Source: Candidatus Parcubacteria bacterium
Lineage (GTDB): Bacteria; Patescibacteriota; Patescibacteriia; Patescibacteriales; UBA12465
DNA length: 64,000 nt
Reading direction: 5' to 3'
Assembly: GCA_023444045.1 (NCBI GenBank)
Contig: JAEZRQ010000006.1
Coordinates: 113,786 to 177,785, forward strand
Position numbers and translations under genes: made by a program. Shown here one piece after another: positions 20,901 to 29,719 of the stretch. Below the pieces are notes generated by a model that saw only the letters and a list, made by a program, of their open reading frames with translations, was not told the origin of the DNA and did not search any database. Each line of letters starts with the position of its first letter. Positions within the stretch are counted from its first letter, which is position 1.

Positions 20901-22406
20901 TTATTTTAACTTTTCCTCTAGTATTTTTCTCAATATTTCTGGATTAGCTTTACCTTTCGTCTCAGCCATTGCTTTGCCGATAAAGAATTGGATGAGTGGT
21001 GTTTTTCCTTTTTTATATTCTTCATGTTGTTTGGGATTATCTGTGATTACTTTAGCAATTACAGTTTCTAATTCTTCTTGATTATCAATTTGTTCTAAGC
21101 CTAACTCTTCTAAAATGTTGCTTGGATCGCCGCCTTTTTGATACATCACTTCTAAAATTGTTTGAGCAGCGCTGGAATTTATTTTTCCTTGATAAATTAG
21201 ATGTATTAGTTCAGCAAAATTTTCTGGCGTGATATGCAAATCTTCAATATCTTTGTGGTCAGTCTTAAGGTGTTTTAGTAATTCGCTGGAGATCCAATTG
21301 ACCGCTATTTGGGCTAATTTTTTATCTTGGCGTTCTAAAGAATCGCCACTGGCAGTTGTCCAAGCTCCTAATTCAGAAATCACCTGTTCGGTCCAATTAG
21401 CTAATTTTTTGTCATAGGTAATTAAATCAACTAAATCTTTTTTAAGATGATATTGCCTAATAAAGCGAATACTTTTTTCTTCCGGCATTTCGCCAATCTC
21501 TGTCATAATATCAGCGATCATATCATCAGAAATGTTAAGTGGCGGAATGTCTGGTTCTGGAAAATAACGGTAGTCAGCGCTACTTTCTTTAATTCTTTGG
21601 CTTTTTGTTTCGTTTTTATTGTCATCCCAACCTCTAGTTTCAGCCATAACCACTCCGTCATTTTCTAGTAGTTCAGTTTGTCTTTTTATTTCAAAGTTAA
21701 TCGCTTTTTCCAGTGACTTAAAGGAATTAATATTTTTAACCTCTACCTTAGGGTTTAATTGATATTTTTTTAGCGGTTTTATCTGACCATCTTCATATTT
21801 CCATTTGCCACTTTCTTGTAAACTAACATTAGCCTCACAGCGCATTTGGCCTTTTTCCATTTCAGCATCAGAGATATCTAGGTATCTTAGAAGTTGTTGG
21901 AATTTTTGACAGAATTTCTTGGCTGTCGCTGCATCTTTAATAACCGGTTCAGTAACCATTTCCAATAGTGGTGTGCCGGCACGATTAAAATCAATTAAGG
22001 TGTGGTCGCTATTTTTGGGATGAAAAGATTTACCAGTATCTTCTTCTAGGTGGATTCTGGTAATTAAGATTTTTTCCTCATCAATTTCTAAATACCCTTG
22101 ATAGCATAGAGGTAAGTCATATTGAGATATCTGGTAACCTTTTGGTAAATCAGGGTAGAAATAATTTTTACGGTCAAATTTAGAAGTTCTGTTGATGGTA
22201 CAATTAGTAGCTAGTCCCGCTAGAATAACCAGCTCAATAGCTCTTTTATTGGGTACTGGCAAAGTTCCTGGGTGGCCTAAGCAAATAGGGCAAACAGTTG
22301 TATTAGCCTCTTTTTCTTCGCTATCATTATCACAAGCGCAGAACATTTTGCTTTTAGTTTTTATTTCAGCGTGGATTTCCAAGCCGATAATAGCATCATA
22401 TGTCAT
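20901..22406 (-). CDS. gatB: Asp/Glu-tRNA(Asn/Gln) amidotransferase subunit B
   Basis: Full-length GatB: N-terminal YDAIIGLEIHAE, CPICLGHPGTLP, C-terminal YqeY/GatB tail (FFIGKAMAETKGKANP). Confidence 0.97.
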   Translation of the reverse strand: MTYDAIIGLEIHAEIKTKSKMFCACDNDSEEKEANTTVCPICLGHPGTLPVPNKRAIELVILAGLATNCTINRTSKFDRKNYFYPDLPKGYQISQYDLPLCYQGYLEIDEEKILITRIHLEEDTGKSFHPKNSDHTLIDFNRAGTPLLEMVTEPVIKDAATAKKFCQKFQQLLRYLDISDAEMEKGQMRCEANVSLQESGKWKYEDGQIKPLKKYQLNPKVEVKNINSFKSLEKAINFEIKRQTELLENDGVVMAETRGWDDNKNETKSQRIKESSADYRYFPEPDIPPLNISDDMIADIMTEIGEMPEEKSIRFIRQYHLKKDLVDLITYDKKLANWTEQVISELGAWTTASGDSLERQDKKLAQIAVNWISSELLKHLKTDHKDIEDLHITPENFAELIHLIYQGKINSSAAQTILEVMYQKGGDPSNILEELGLEQIDNQEELETVIAKVITDNPKQHEEYKKGKTPLIQFFIGKAMAETKGKANPEILRKILEEKLK

Positions 22407-22472
22407 ATATTATGATTTTATAGGAAAATATGGTTTAGGGGAAGAGGCGGTAATTGAAGATTGCAGTATCTA

Positions 22473-22529
22473 GGGTTAATATTGACGGGTTAATATTCAC
22501 CTGCTATTATAGTTAATAATATTAACTAT
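22473..22529 (+). promoter_or_regulatory. Promoter with operator-like repeats upstream of the wHTH-PRT gene
   Basis: Tandem 14-mers GGGTTAATATTGAC (22473-22486) and GGGTTAATATTCAC (22487-22500). Embedded TTGACG (22482-22487), 17-nt spacer ending in TGc, TATTAT (22505-22510). This is followed by the inverted repeat TAGTTAAT-n3-ATTAACTA, which abuts the ATG. Confidence 0.5.
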
Positions 22530-23507
22530 ATGAATTTATCAAACGAAACAAACAATGTTTTAGACGCCATTAAAAAACACGGCCATATTCGGTCATCTGA
22601 AATTGTAAAAATACTTAATATTTCGTTAAAAACTGTTTATAAGCATTTAGTGAAGCTGTTAGATGAAGATTTAGTTGTTAAAACCGGCTCAACACCTATG
22701 GTTTACTATTCTATTAAAACAGAAAGCAAAAATAGTTTAATGATTTTTGATAAAGATGATTCGTTAATTAATGACAATTATATTTATGTTTCCCCAAGTG
22801 GTGAGCTTAGTCGAGGGGTCGCAGGATTTCAAGATTGGTGCCAAAAAAATAAACTTGAGTATGAGAAAGAAAAAAAGATTTTCGTTGAAAAATTTAAAAC
22901 ATTTAATAATTTGAAGAAAAATGGCGTAGTATTTGCCAAAAAGTATATTTTATCAGTAAAAAGTAAAATATATCTAGATAATATATTCTTTAGTGACTTT
23001 TATAATATTGGACATTATGGAAAAACAAAACTAGGACAATTAGTTTATCTTGGAAAAACTTCACAAAATAAGACGATAATAAAAGAAATAGTAAAATTAG
23101 TTTACCCAGCAGTTTTAAATATTATAAAGAAGTATGATATTAAGTTAATCTGTTTTATACCACCAACAATGGATCGCAAGATTCAGTTTATGGAAGTCTT
23201 TAAGAAAGGTTTAAAATTAAATTTGTCAGAAATTATTGCAACAAAAATTCCTAGTCTAACTAAAGTGCCTCAAAAAACATTAAGGAAGTTAGAAGACAGA
23301 ATTGATAACGCCACTAAAACAATTGCTATTAACCCTAGCCAAGAAATTAATGGGAACGTTTTAATAATTGATGATGCTACTGGGTCTGGCGCTACCTTAA
23401 ACGAAACAGCTAGAAAAATTAAAAATATTTCTAAAAATGATATAAAAGTTATTGGATACTCAGTTGTTGGCAGTTATAAAGGGTTTGATGTTATTAGTGA
23501 GGTTTAG
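22530..23507 (+). CDS. Winged-helix DNA-binding domain fused to a ComF/PurR-type phosphoribosyltransferase domain
   Basis: N-terminal wHTH-like segment (IRSSEIVKILNISLKTVYKHLVKLLDEDLVV). C-terminal PRPP-binding motif VLIIDDATGSGATLNETARKI. Confidence 0.75.
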   Translation: MNLSNETNNVLDAIKKHGHIRSSEIVKILNISLKTVYKHLVKLLDEDLVVKTGSTPMVYYSIKTESKNSLMIFDKDDSLINDNYIYVSPSGELSRGVAGFQDWCQKNKLEYEKEKKIFVEKFKTFNNLKKNGVVFAKKYILSVKSKIYLDNIFFSDFYNIGHYGKTKLGQLVYLGKTSQNKTIIKEIVKLVYPAVLNIIKKYDIKLICFIPPTMDRKIQFMEVFKKGLKLNLSEIIATKIPSLTKVPQKTLRKLEDRIDNATKTIAINPSQEINGNVLIIDDATGSGATLNETARKIKNISKNDIKVIGYSVVGSYKGFDVISEV

Positions 23508-23553
23508 TAAGCTAATATATGGTGATTATTGAGATGCAACAGTTAAATAATAC

Positions 23554-23586
23554 AAAAAAGCGCTAAACTTATGTTTGGCGCTTTTT
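23554..23586. terminator. Bidirectional Rho-independent terminator
   Basis: AGCGCTAAAC...GTTTGGCGCT stem flanked by A6 and T5, between convergent genes. Confidence 0.8.
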
Positions 23587-23601
23587 CAATTTGCTATTAT
23601 T

Positions 23602-24900
23602 TTAAAACTTGCCGCTACTACCAAATCCGCCCGCTTGTCTTTCTGTTTCATCATCTACAGCACCCTCTTCAATTCCTAATAATTCAACTTTTTGAATCAG
23701 TAACTGGGCAATCTTCATTCCTGGTTCAATATTGTAAATATCTTCACTTAAATTTTTAAAAACTATTTTAATTTCGCCACGATAACCAGCATCAATAACA
23801 CCACCCATAGTAGTAAACCCTTGGTTAGCTAAACCACTTTTATCCCAAATTAAGCCGGCGTAGCCATAAGGGATGGCAATTTTAATTCCAGTTGATATCA
23901 GCGCTTGTCCGTAAGGAGCGATTGAATAATAGTCGTTGGCGTATAGATCCAGTCCAGCATCGCCACTATGAGCCCGAGTAGGCAATTTAGCGCTATCACT
24001 TATTTTTTCAACTTTGATAAAATTATTATCCTGTATTTCTACTTCAGGAGTAATTTTCTCTGGTTGATAATTATTTTCCTCTTTTTTAAATAATAAATCT
24101 TTATTACTAATAATCTGTTTATTGCCACTAATTATCTCGGAAATCGCCTGTAAGCCACTGGCGGTTTTTTGATTACGGCCGCCAAGAATTTGATTGGTAT
24201 AAATCCAAACAAGTTCATGAATTTCTTCACGGCTCATAATTTGTCCTTCTCTAGTACATTTAATCAACTTAAAGTCAGGGAAACTGCTGGCAATTTCTAA
24301 ATAAACTTGTTCCGCCTTTTTTAGATGATCTAAATTTTCTTCATGAATATCACGAGTTTTTCCGGTCCAATCTTCACGGTGTCTGTTTTTAGCCAAATCT
24401 TGGGAGATTTCTGCTTCAACATGCAAAATTAAGGATAAATCTGGCTTAGGAATATTAAATAATTTGTATTCTAATTCATAGAGCCAATTAAAGAAGACTT
24501 TTCTCTCTAGGTGATTATCAATCTTTCCTCCCTGGTGCCCCATGCTGGCGGAGACATAGCGATTAGACACCACAATTTTACCTTCTCTGAGCCACTGTCT
24601 GATTTTAAAACTGGCGTCAAAGCGATCAACGGCGTAAAAAATAGATGATTGATATGGAGTTACATCATCAGCTCCGCCATATTTACCAGATAAATATTCT
24701 TCTACTAGTCCGGCTGATTTAGTATTGTATTGAGGGAAGTCAGCTATTTCCACAATAAAACCCTCGGCTTTTAGTTTTTCAACCAGCAGATTAAACTGAG
24801 TGGTCTTGCCAGACCCGTCAGTACCATCTATGACAATAAATTTTCCTGGGTATAAAGACATGAGCTTTAACTTATTTTTAACTATTTTGTATCTTTTCAA
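23602..24900 (-). CDS. Fusion protein: dTMP kinase (N-terminal) and dUTP diphosphatase (C-terminal)
   Basis: N-terminal half has the Tmk P-loop IVIDGTDGSGKTTQ. C-terminal ~140 aa has dUTPase motifs (AHSGDAGLDLYA, GVIDAGYRGEI, GGFGSSGKF). True start may be the internal Met at 24861. Confidence 0.9.
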   Translation of the reverse strand: MKRYKIVKNKLKLMSLYPGKFIVIDGTDGSGKTTQFNLLVEKLKAEGFIVEIADFPQYNTKSAGLVEEYLSGKYGGADDVTPYQSSIFYAVDRFDASFKIRQWLREGKIVVSNRYVSASMGHQGGKIDNHLERKVFFNWLYELEYKLFNIPKPDLSLILHVEAEISQDLAKNRHREDWTGKTRDIHEENLDHLKKAEQVYLEIASSFPDFKLIKCTREGQIMSREEIHELVWIYTNQILGGRNQKTASGLQAISEIISGNKQIISNKDLLFKKEENNYQPEKITPEVEIQDNNFIKVEKISDSAKLPTRAHSGDAGLDLYANDYYSIAPYGQALISTGIKIAIPYGYAGLIWDKSGLANQGFTTMGGVIDAGYRGEIKIVFKNLSEDIYNIEPGMKIAQLLIQKVELLGIEEGAVDDETERQAGGFGSSGKF

Positions 24901-25435
24901 TTATTGTGTCAATTTTCTTTTTTAAGTCCTCTAGATTACCATTATTATCAATATGGTACTTAGCTTGAGCCATCGTTTCCGGAATAGTAACTTCAGTTTC
25001 TCTTTGGTGGTCACTAAGAAACTCCTCATAACTTTTTTCAGCATCACCGGCATTTTCATTTCGCAGAATTGATCTTTCATACCTAGTTTCAGGACTAGCG
25101 TCAATAGCGATTAGATTAAAGCCAGGAACGTCTTTTAGATAAGTAATATCTGCCAATCTTCTAATACCGTCTACCACAATTATTTCTGCCGCTGAATCAG
25201 TGACCATTTTGGCCATGGCTTTAGCTAGGGTATCTTCACCATATTCTTGGCGCAGAAAAGTTGATAGGGCAATTATATTATGTCGGTTATTTTCAACATC
25301 AATAGAGTTTAGAATATTTCTTAAAATATCAGAAAATTTAAAGCTTACGGCTCCATAATTATTCTCTATATATTCTTTAGCTGCCCCTTTACCACTAGCG
25401 ATTAAGCCGGTAAAACCTAAAATTAGTTTAGTCAT
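24878..25435 (-). CDS. P-loop nucleotide kinase (CoaE/dNMP-kinase-like)
   Basis: 185 aa with N-terminal GFTGLIASGKGA P-loop (Gly instead of Ser/Thr after Lys). Kinase-like size. Embedded in the dTMP cluster. Confidence 0.65.
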   Translation of the reverse strand: MTKLILGFTGLIASGKGAAKEYIENNYGAVSFKFSDILRNILNSIDVENNRHNIIALSTFLRQEYGEDTLAKAMAKMVTDSAAEIIVVDGIRRLADITYLKDVPGFNLIAIDASPETRYERSILRNENAGDAEKSYEEFLSDHQRETEVTIPETMAQAKYHIDNNGNLEDLKKKIDTIIEKIQNS

Positions 25436-25943
25436 TTTTGTTATGATATTTTACAGCGTATCTAACTGCAAAAGTGTTTCTATTTAATGTCTCCAGTGTT
25501 TTTAATTCTAGTTGAGCTTCGTTGTCGGTGTCAAATAAAGATAGGCCAGAACCAAAAATTCTTGGCTCTATAGTTAGGACTATCTCAGAAATTAATTTAT
25601 TTTTTAAAAATAGGGAATTAAGAAAACAGCCGCCACCAAGTAAAGCGGATTTATAGCCCATTTGTTCCAGTTCTTCTAAAACTTTCTCTGGTTCACCGCT
25701 AACGTATTTTACGTTATCGTAATCTGTTTTAGGGTTTTCAGAAAAGACCACGTTGAGTCTATTTGGTAGAGGTGAGGGGAAGGTATTAAAAGTATTTTCA
25801 CCCATCATAACTACCCCGTGTTTTTTTGACTCGGCGACAAATAGTTTTTTATCTTCTGGGCTAGTCCAATTAGCAAATTGATTTTTATCTTTAGCAATTT
25901 TACCATCAACGGAAATTGCCATCATAAGAGTAACTGGTATCAT
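25428..25943 (-). CDS. Dihydrofolate reductase-like protein (RibD C-terminal domain family)
   Basis: MMAISVDGKIA...GENTF...LLGGG pattern of the RibD_C/DHFR-like fold. Directly downstream of thyA. Confidence 0.8.
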   Translation of the reverse strand: MIPVTLMMAISVDGKIAKDKNQFANWTSPEDKKLFVAESKKHGVVMMGENTFNTFPSPLPNRLNVVFSENPKTDYDNVKYVSGEPEKVLEELEQMGYKSALLGGGCFLNSLFLKNKLISEIVLTIEPRIFGSGLSLFDTDNEAQLELKTLETLNRNTFAVRYAVKYHNKND

Positions 25944-25956
25944 AGTATTATTATAA

Positions 25957-25994
25957 GAAAAGCCCGTCCTATATTAATATAGAATCGGGCTTTT
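25957..25994 (-). terminator. Rho-independent terminator after thyA
   Basis: On the minus strand: AAAGCCCG...CGGGCTTTT hairpin followed by a T-rich run. Confidence 0.6.
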
Positions 25995-25997
25995 ATT

Positions 25998-26792
25998 TTA
26001 AACGGCAATCGGTGCTTTGATTGTTGGGTATGGGTTATACTCTGTGAGTTCAAAGTCTTCATATTTGAAGCCGAAAATGTCTTTAACCTCTGGGTTAATT
26101 TTCATTTTTGGTAAGGCTCGTGGCTCACGGGATAACTGCTCTTTGACTTGCTCAAAGTGATTACTGTAAATATGTAAATCACCATAAGTATGGATGAACT
26201 CGCCTGGTTCTAAGTCACAAACCTGAGCCACCATCATGGTAAGTAATGCATATGAAGCAATATTAAAGGGCACCCCTAAAAAAGTATCGCAACTTCTTTG
26301 GTAGAGCTGACAGGAAAGCTTTCCGTTAGCTACATAGTACTGAAATAAGCAGTGACATGGTGGCAGCGCCATGTTATTAACATCGGCTACATTCCAAGCA
26401 GAAACAATAATTCTTCTGGAATTTGGGTTGTTTTTGATGGTTTTGATAATATCCGCTATTTGGTCAATGCTTCCACCATCAGGAGTTGGCCAAGAGCGCC
26501 ACTGATGTCCATACACAGGACCAAGTTCCCCTTTTTCATCGGCCCATTCATTCCAGATGCTAACGCCGTTATCCACTAAGTATTTAATATTGGTACTACC
26601 TTGTAAGAACCACAAAAGTTCATGAATAATTGATTTCAAATGAAGTTTCTTGGTTGTAAGTAGCGGGAAACCTTCACTTAAATCAAATCTGGTCTGATAG
26701 CCAAAGACACTACGAGTGCCAGTGCCGGTACGATCACCTTTGTCAACGCCATTTTCCATGATGTGACGCAACATGTCTAAATACTGCTTCAT
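25998..26792 (-). CDS. thyA: Thymidylate synthase (ThyA type)
   Basis: Collinear with E. coli ThyA over the full length (MKQYL..., [18 protein letters not shown], catalytic [14 protein letters not shown], ...KAPIAV). Confidence 0.98.
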   Translation of the reverse strand: MKQYLDMLRHIMENGVDKGDRTGTGTRSVFGYQTRFDLSEGFPLLTTKKLHLKSIIHELLWFLQGSTNIKYLVDNGVSIWNEWADEKGELGPVYGHQWRSWPTPDGGSIDQIADIIKTIKNNPNSRRIIVSAWNVADVNNMALPPCHCLFQYYVANGKLSCQLYQRSCDTFLGVPFNIASYALLTMMVAQVCDLEPGEFIHTYGDLHIYSNHFEQVKEQLSREPRALPKMKINPEVKDIFGFKYEDFELTEYNPYPTIKAPIAV

Positions 26793-26867
26793 ACTATTAT
26801 ATTTTATTGGTTAATATTTTTAAAAAACTGCTATTAAACTACCATAAAAAACTTTAATAGTCAATTT

Positions 26868-27350
26868 CTAATACTCCATCACCTTGTTGTCTAAAATAAC
26901 TAGTTCAACCCCAGCTTCTTTAAATATTTCTTTACTTCTAGAGGAAGCATGGTAGTCTTGAGCACAGACAACGCGTTTAATACCAGCGTTGATAATCATT
27001 TTAGCGCAAGTGTAGCAGGGAGCCATTTTAACATAAATAGTGCCGCCATCTAAAGCGATACCAAATCTAGCTGCTTGGCAAATAGCGTTTTGTTCAGCGT
27101 GAGTAGTTCTGATGCAGTGGTCACTCTTACTACCATCCTCATGAATTATGGTATGCATCTCATGACCTAAGTCGTCACAATGACCGCAACCGCAAGGAGA
27201 ACCGGCATAACCAGTGGAAACAATTCTCTTTTCTTTAGTGACTAAAGCTCCACATTGTCCACGGTCGCAAGTGCCGCGTTCACCAACTAAGTTAGCGAGA
27301 TGGATAAAATATTCATCCCAGGAAGGTCGCACCTTTTTTTCTTCGCTCAT
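26868..27350 (-). CDS. dCMP deaminase (ComEB/DCTD family)
   Basis: Zinc-dependent CDA motifs HAEQNAI and PCYTCAKMI. Has the extra Cys/His-rich insert typical of dCMP deaminases. Confidence 0.92.
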   Translation of the reverse strand: MSEEKKVRPSWDEYFIHLANLVGERGTCDRGQCGALVTKEKRIVSTGYAGSPCGCGHCDDLGHEMHTIIHEDGSKSDHCIRTTHAEQNAICQAARFGIALDGGTIYVKMAPCYTCAKMIINAGIKRVVCAQDYHASSRSKEIFKEAGVELVILDNKVMEY

Positions 27351-27539
27351 AAAATTAAAATTAGCGGTTTGGGGGCTAATTTATAAATAATAAAAAGAAA
27401 GTTGTGCTTTAAGTATAGGCTAATTTTAAATATTTTTAAAGTTGACGAAAGATTGATATTTTGTCGTTTGTTTTTTGAAAAAATCGTTTGATTTTCCCCA
27501 TAAAAGGGGCTAAACTATAAGGAACTGAGGTTTTAAAAT

Positions 27540-27803
27540 ATGTTTGAAGAAATTTTAGCAAAAATAAAAAATGAAGATGTTTATTTACGGATTAAAGTTT
27601 GTCCGGGGAGTCGTCTAACTGAGTTTAAGGAAAAGATGGCAGATGATACGTATAAGATAAACATTGCCGCTCCAGCTGAAAAGGGAAAAGCTAATCAAAG
27701 TCTGTTGAAATTTTTGGCTTCTGGTTTAGAAATTAGTCAAAACAAAGTTTCTATTATTAGTGGCGCTGGTGATCGGGTTAAGTTAATAAAAATAAGTAAG
27801 TAA
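27540..27803 (+). CDS. DUF167/YggU-family small protein
   Basis: 87 aa with the YggU-like pattern (LRIKVCPGSR...INIAAPAEKGKANQSLLKFLA...V.IISG...R.K.I.I). Confidence 0.75.
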   Translation: MFEEILAKIKNEDVYLRIKVCPGSRLTEFKEKMADDTYKINIAAPAEKGKANQSLLKFLASGLEISQNKVSIISGAGDRVKLIKISK

Positions 27804-27804
27804 T

Positions 27805-28653
27805 ATGGATTTATCAGTAATCATTGTTTCTTGGCAGTCTAGGGAAAAATTAAGAGCAAATCTTAAGGCTTTGTTTAATTCTCAAGGAGATTTTACCTAT
27901 GAAGTCTTTGTTGTGGATAATAATTCTAACGATGGAACGGTTGCCATGGTACAAACAGAATTTTCTCAAGTTCATTTAATTTCTAACTTAGAAAACTTAG
28001 GTTTTGCTAAAGCTAATAATCAAGCTATTTCAAAGACTAAAGGGGACTACATTCTATTATTTAATCCGGATATGCTTGTCGGTGGTGATACATTATTTAA
28101 GGCGCTTTCTTGGGCAAAAAATAATCAACAGGCAGTTGTTTCCGGCTTTAAATTAACTGATCAAAATCAAAATATTATTAAACAGGTTAGAAAATTTCCT
28201 ACACTTCTAGATCAGTTAGCGGTGGTTTTAAAAATTCCGCATTTTCTGCCTTCGGTTTTAGATAAATATTTGGTGAAAAATTTTGATTATGAGAAAACAG
28301 CTAAGGTTGATTCCATTAGGGGCGCCTTCTTTTTAATCAATAAAAAACGTTGGCAGGAAATATCCGGCGAAAATTTTCCACTTCTTGATGAGAGATATTT
28401 TATTTGGTTTGAGGAGGTTGATTTTTGTAAACAGGTTTATCAGAGGGGTGGGGAGGTTTGGTATAGTCCGGAGGCTACCTGTGTTGACTATGTCGGTTTT
28501 AGTTTTAATCAAGTGAGTATTAAGACTAAACAAATTTATATTAGAGACTCAATGTTAAAATATTTTAGGAAGTGGCATAAAACATGGGAGTATAATCTAC
28601 TTAAAGTAGCTTGGTGTTTGGTAACTTCAGTTATTAAAATTTTTGTTAAATAA
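27805..28653 (+). CDS. Family 2 glycosyltransferase
   Basis: GT-A N-terminus (LSVIIVSW...VVDNNSNDGT...NLGFAKANNQA...FNPD) and a D/ExD-like EEVDFC. Confidence 0.88.
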   Translation: MDLSVIIVSWQSREKLRANLKALFNSQGDFTYEVFVVDNNSNDGTVAMVQTEFSQVHLISNLENLGFAKANNQAISKTKGDYILLFNPDMLVGGDTLFKALSWAKNNQQAVVSGFKLTDQNQNIIKQVRKFPTLLDQLAVVLKIPHFLPSVLDKYLVKNFDYEKTAKVDSIRGAFFLINKKRWQEISGENFPLLDERYFIWFEEVDFCKQVYQRGGEVWYSPEATCVDYVGFSFNQVSIKTKQIYIRDSMLKYFRKWHKTWEYNLLKVAWCLVTSVIKIFVK

Positions 28654-28654
28654 A

Positions 28655-29716
28655 ATGTCTAAAGTTGGAATCATCTTAGTTAATTATAAAGATTACGCCA
28701 AGAAATATTTAGCGGCTTGCCGGACTTCTTTGCTTACTCAAAAATATTCTGATTTTACAGTTTATTTAATTGATAACGCTTCTTCGCCTGAGTCCCTTTC
28801 TTATCTAAGAGAGCTTTATCCGGAGGCAATAATTTTGCCTCGTGAAGATGGTAATTACTGTGCGGCTAATAATTTAGGTATGGAGAGGGCGATTCTAGAT
28901 GGTTGCGAATATCTAGTCGCCGCTAACATGGATACCGAATTTGAGCCTGATTGGCTTAAGCACCTGGTCTTAGCCCTAGAGAACAATAAAGATGCCGGTA
29001 TTGCTCAGTCTCTAATATTACTTTACCCAAAAAACGAGGTAGAAAAAAATAATCCCAAAATTAATACTACCGGTAATTTAATCCATTTTTTATTTTTTGG
29101 TTTTACTAATCACTATAATCTTGATAGAGCAAAGGTAAAGATAGAAGAATATTCAGATATCAGCTATGCTTCTGGTTGTTCGTTTATTGTTAGAGCTAAA
29201 ATTTTTAAAGAAATCGGTGGTTATGATGAGGATCTCTACATGTACCATGATGACCTGGATTTTAGTTTAAGGGCTAAATTAGCCGGTTACCGCGTTATTA
29301 TTGCCCCTCAGTCGCTTGTCTGGCATAAGTATGAGTTTGAAAGGAGCGTCAGGATGCTCTATTATATGGAGCGAAACAGGGGGCTGACTTTTTTTAGTTT
29401 TTACCCGTTAAAAACAATTATATTTTTATTCCCAACTTTTTTATTAATGAGTTTAGGGATGACTATTTTTGCCTTAAAATCCGGCTGGTTAAAAACAAAA
29501 ATAAAAGTAGATTTATATTTTTTAAAACCAAGCACCTGGAAACTAATTAAAGAAAACAGAAAAAAGTACCAAAGATTAGGGGCAAATAAATTATCTGAGA
29601 TTGGCCAGTCTTTTTTAGGAAAAATTAATTTTCAGGAGATTGATAATCCCATCCTAAAATATTTTGTTAACCCAACCTTTAACCTTTATTGGTGGTTAAT
29701 TAAAAAAATTATTTAA
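28655..29716 (+). CDS. Family 2 glycosyltransferase with C-terminal TM segments
   Basis: VGIILVNYK...LIDNASS...HDDLDFSLR motifs, C-terminal hydrophobic helices. ATG 28655 chosen. Confidence 0.88.
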   Translation: MSKVGIILVNYKDYAKKYLAACRTSLLTQKYSDFTVYLIDNASSPESLSYLRELYPEAIILPREDGNYCAANNLGMERAILDGCEYLVAANMDTEFEPDWLKHLVLALENNKDAGIAQSLILLYPKNEVEKNNPKINTTGNLIHFLFFGFTNHYNLDRAKVKIEEYSDISYASGCSFIVRAKIFKEIGGYDEDLYMYHDDLDFSLRAKLAGYRVIIAPQSLVWHKYEFERSVRMLYYMERNRGLTFFSFYPLKTIIFLFPTFLLMSLGMTIFALKSGWLKTKIKVDLYFLKPSTWKLIKENRKKYQRLGANKLSEIGQSFLGKINFQEIDNPILKYFVNPTFNLYWWLIKKII

Positions 29717-29719
29717 TTT

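Noticed and set aside
20901-22406. gatB encoded about 39 kb away from, and on the opposite strand to, gatC-gatA, and pgk directly fused into the gatCA transcription unit.
   Set aside because: Split gatCAB arrangements are common in bacteria, and the pgk adjacency is most simply operon compaction. It is not evidence of a novel system.
25998-26792. Possible recent horizontal acquisition of thyA because of its striking similarity to E. coli ThyA.
   Set aside because: ThyA is among the most conserved bacterial enzymes, so this level of identity is normal across phyla. I see no flanking mobility genes or repeat boundaries. I cannot compute composition statistics reliably by eye.
27351-27539. 189-nt divergent intergenic region with several short hairpins (TTAGC...GCTAA, GACGAA...TTTGTC followed by a T-run, CCCC-ataaaa-GGGG) and a 21-codon minus-strand ORF. 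Considered as a riboswitch, sRNA or small protein.
   Set aside because: The stems are short (4-6 bp) and A/T-rich. No recognisable riboswitch core and no SD or conserved-looking peptide is present. It is most simply two divergent promoter/UTR regions, and the evidence is too weak to call.
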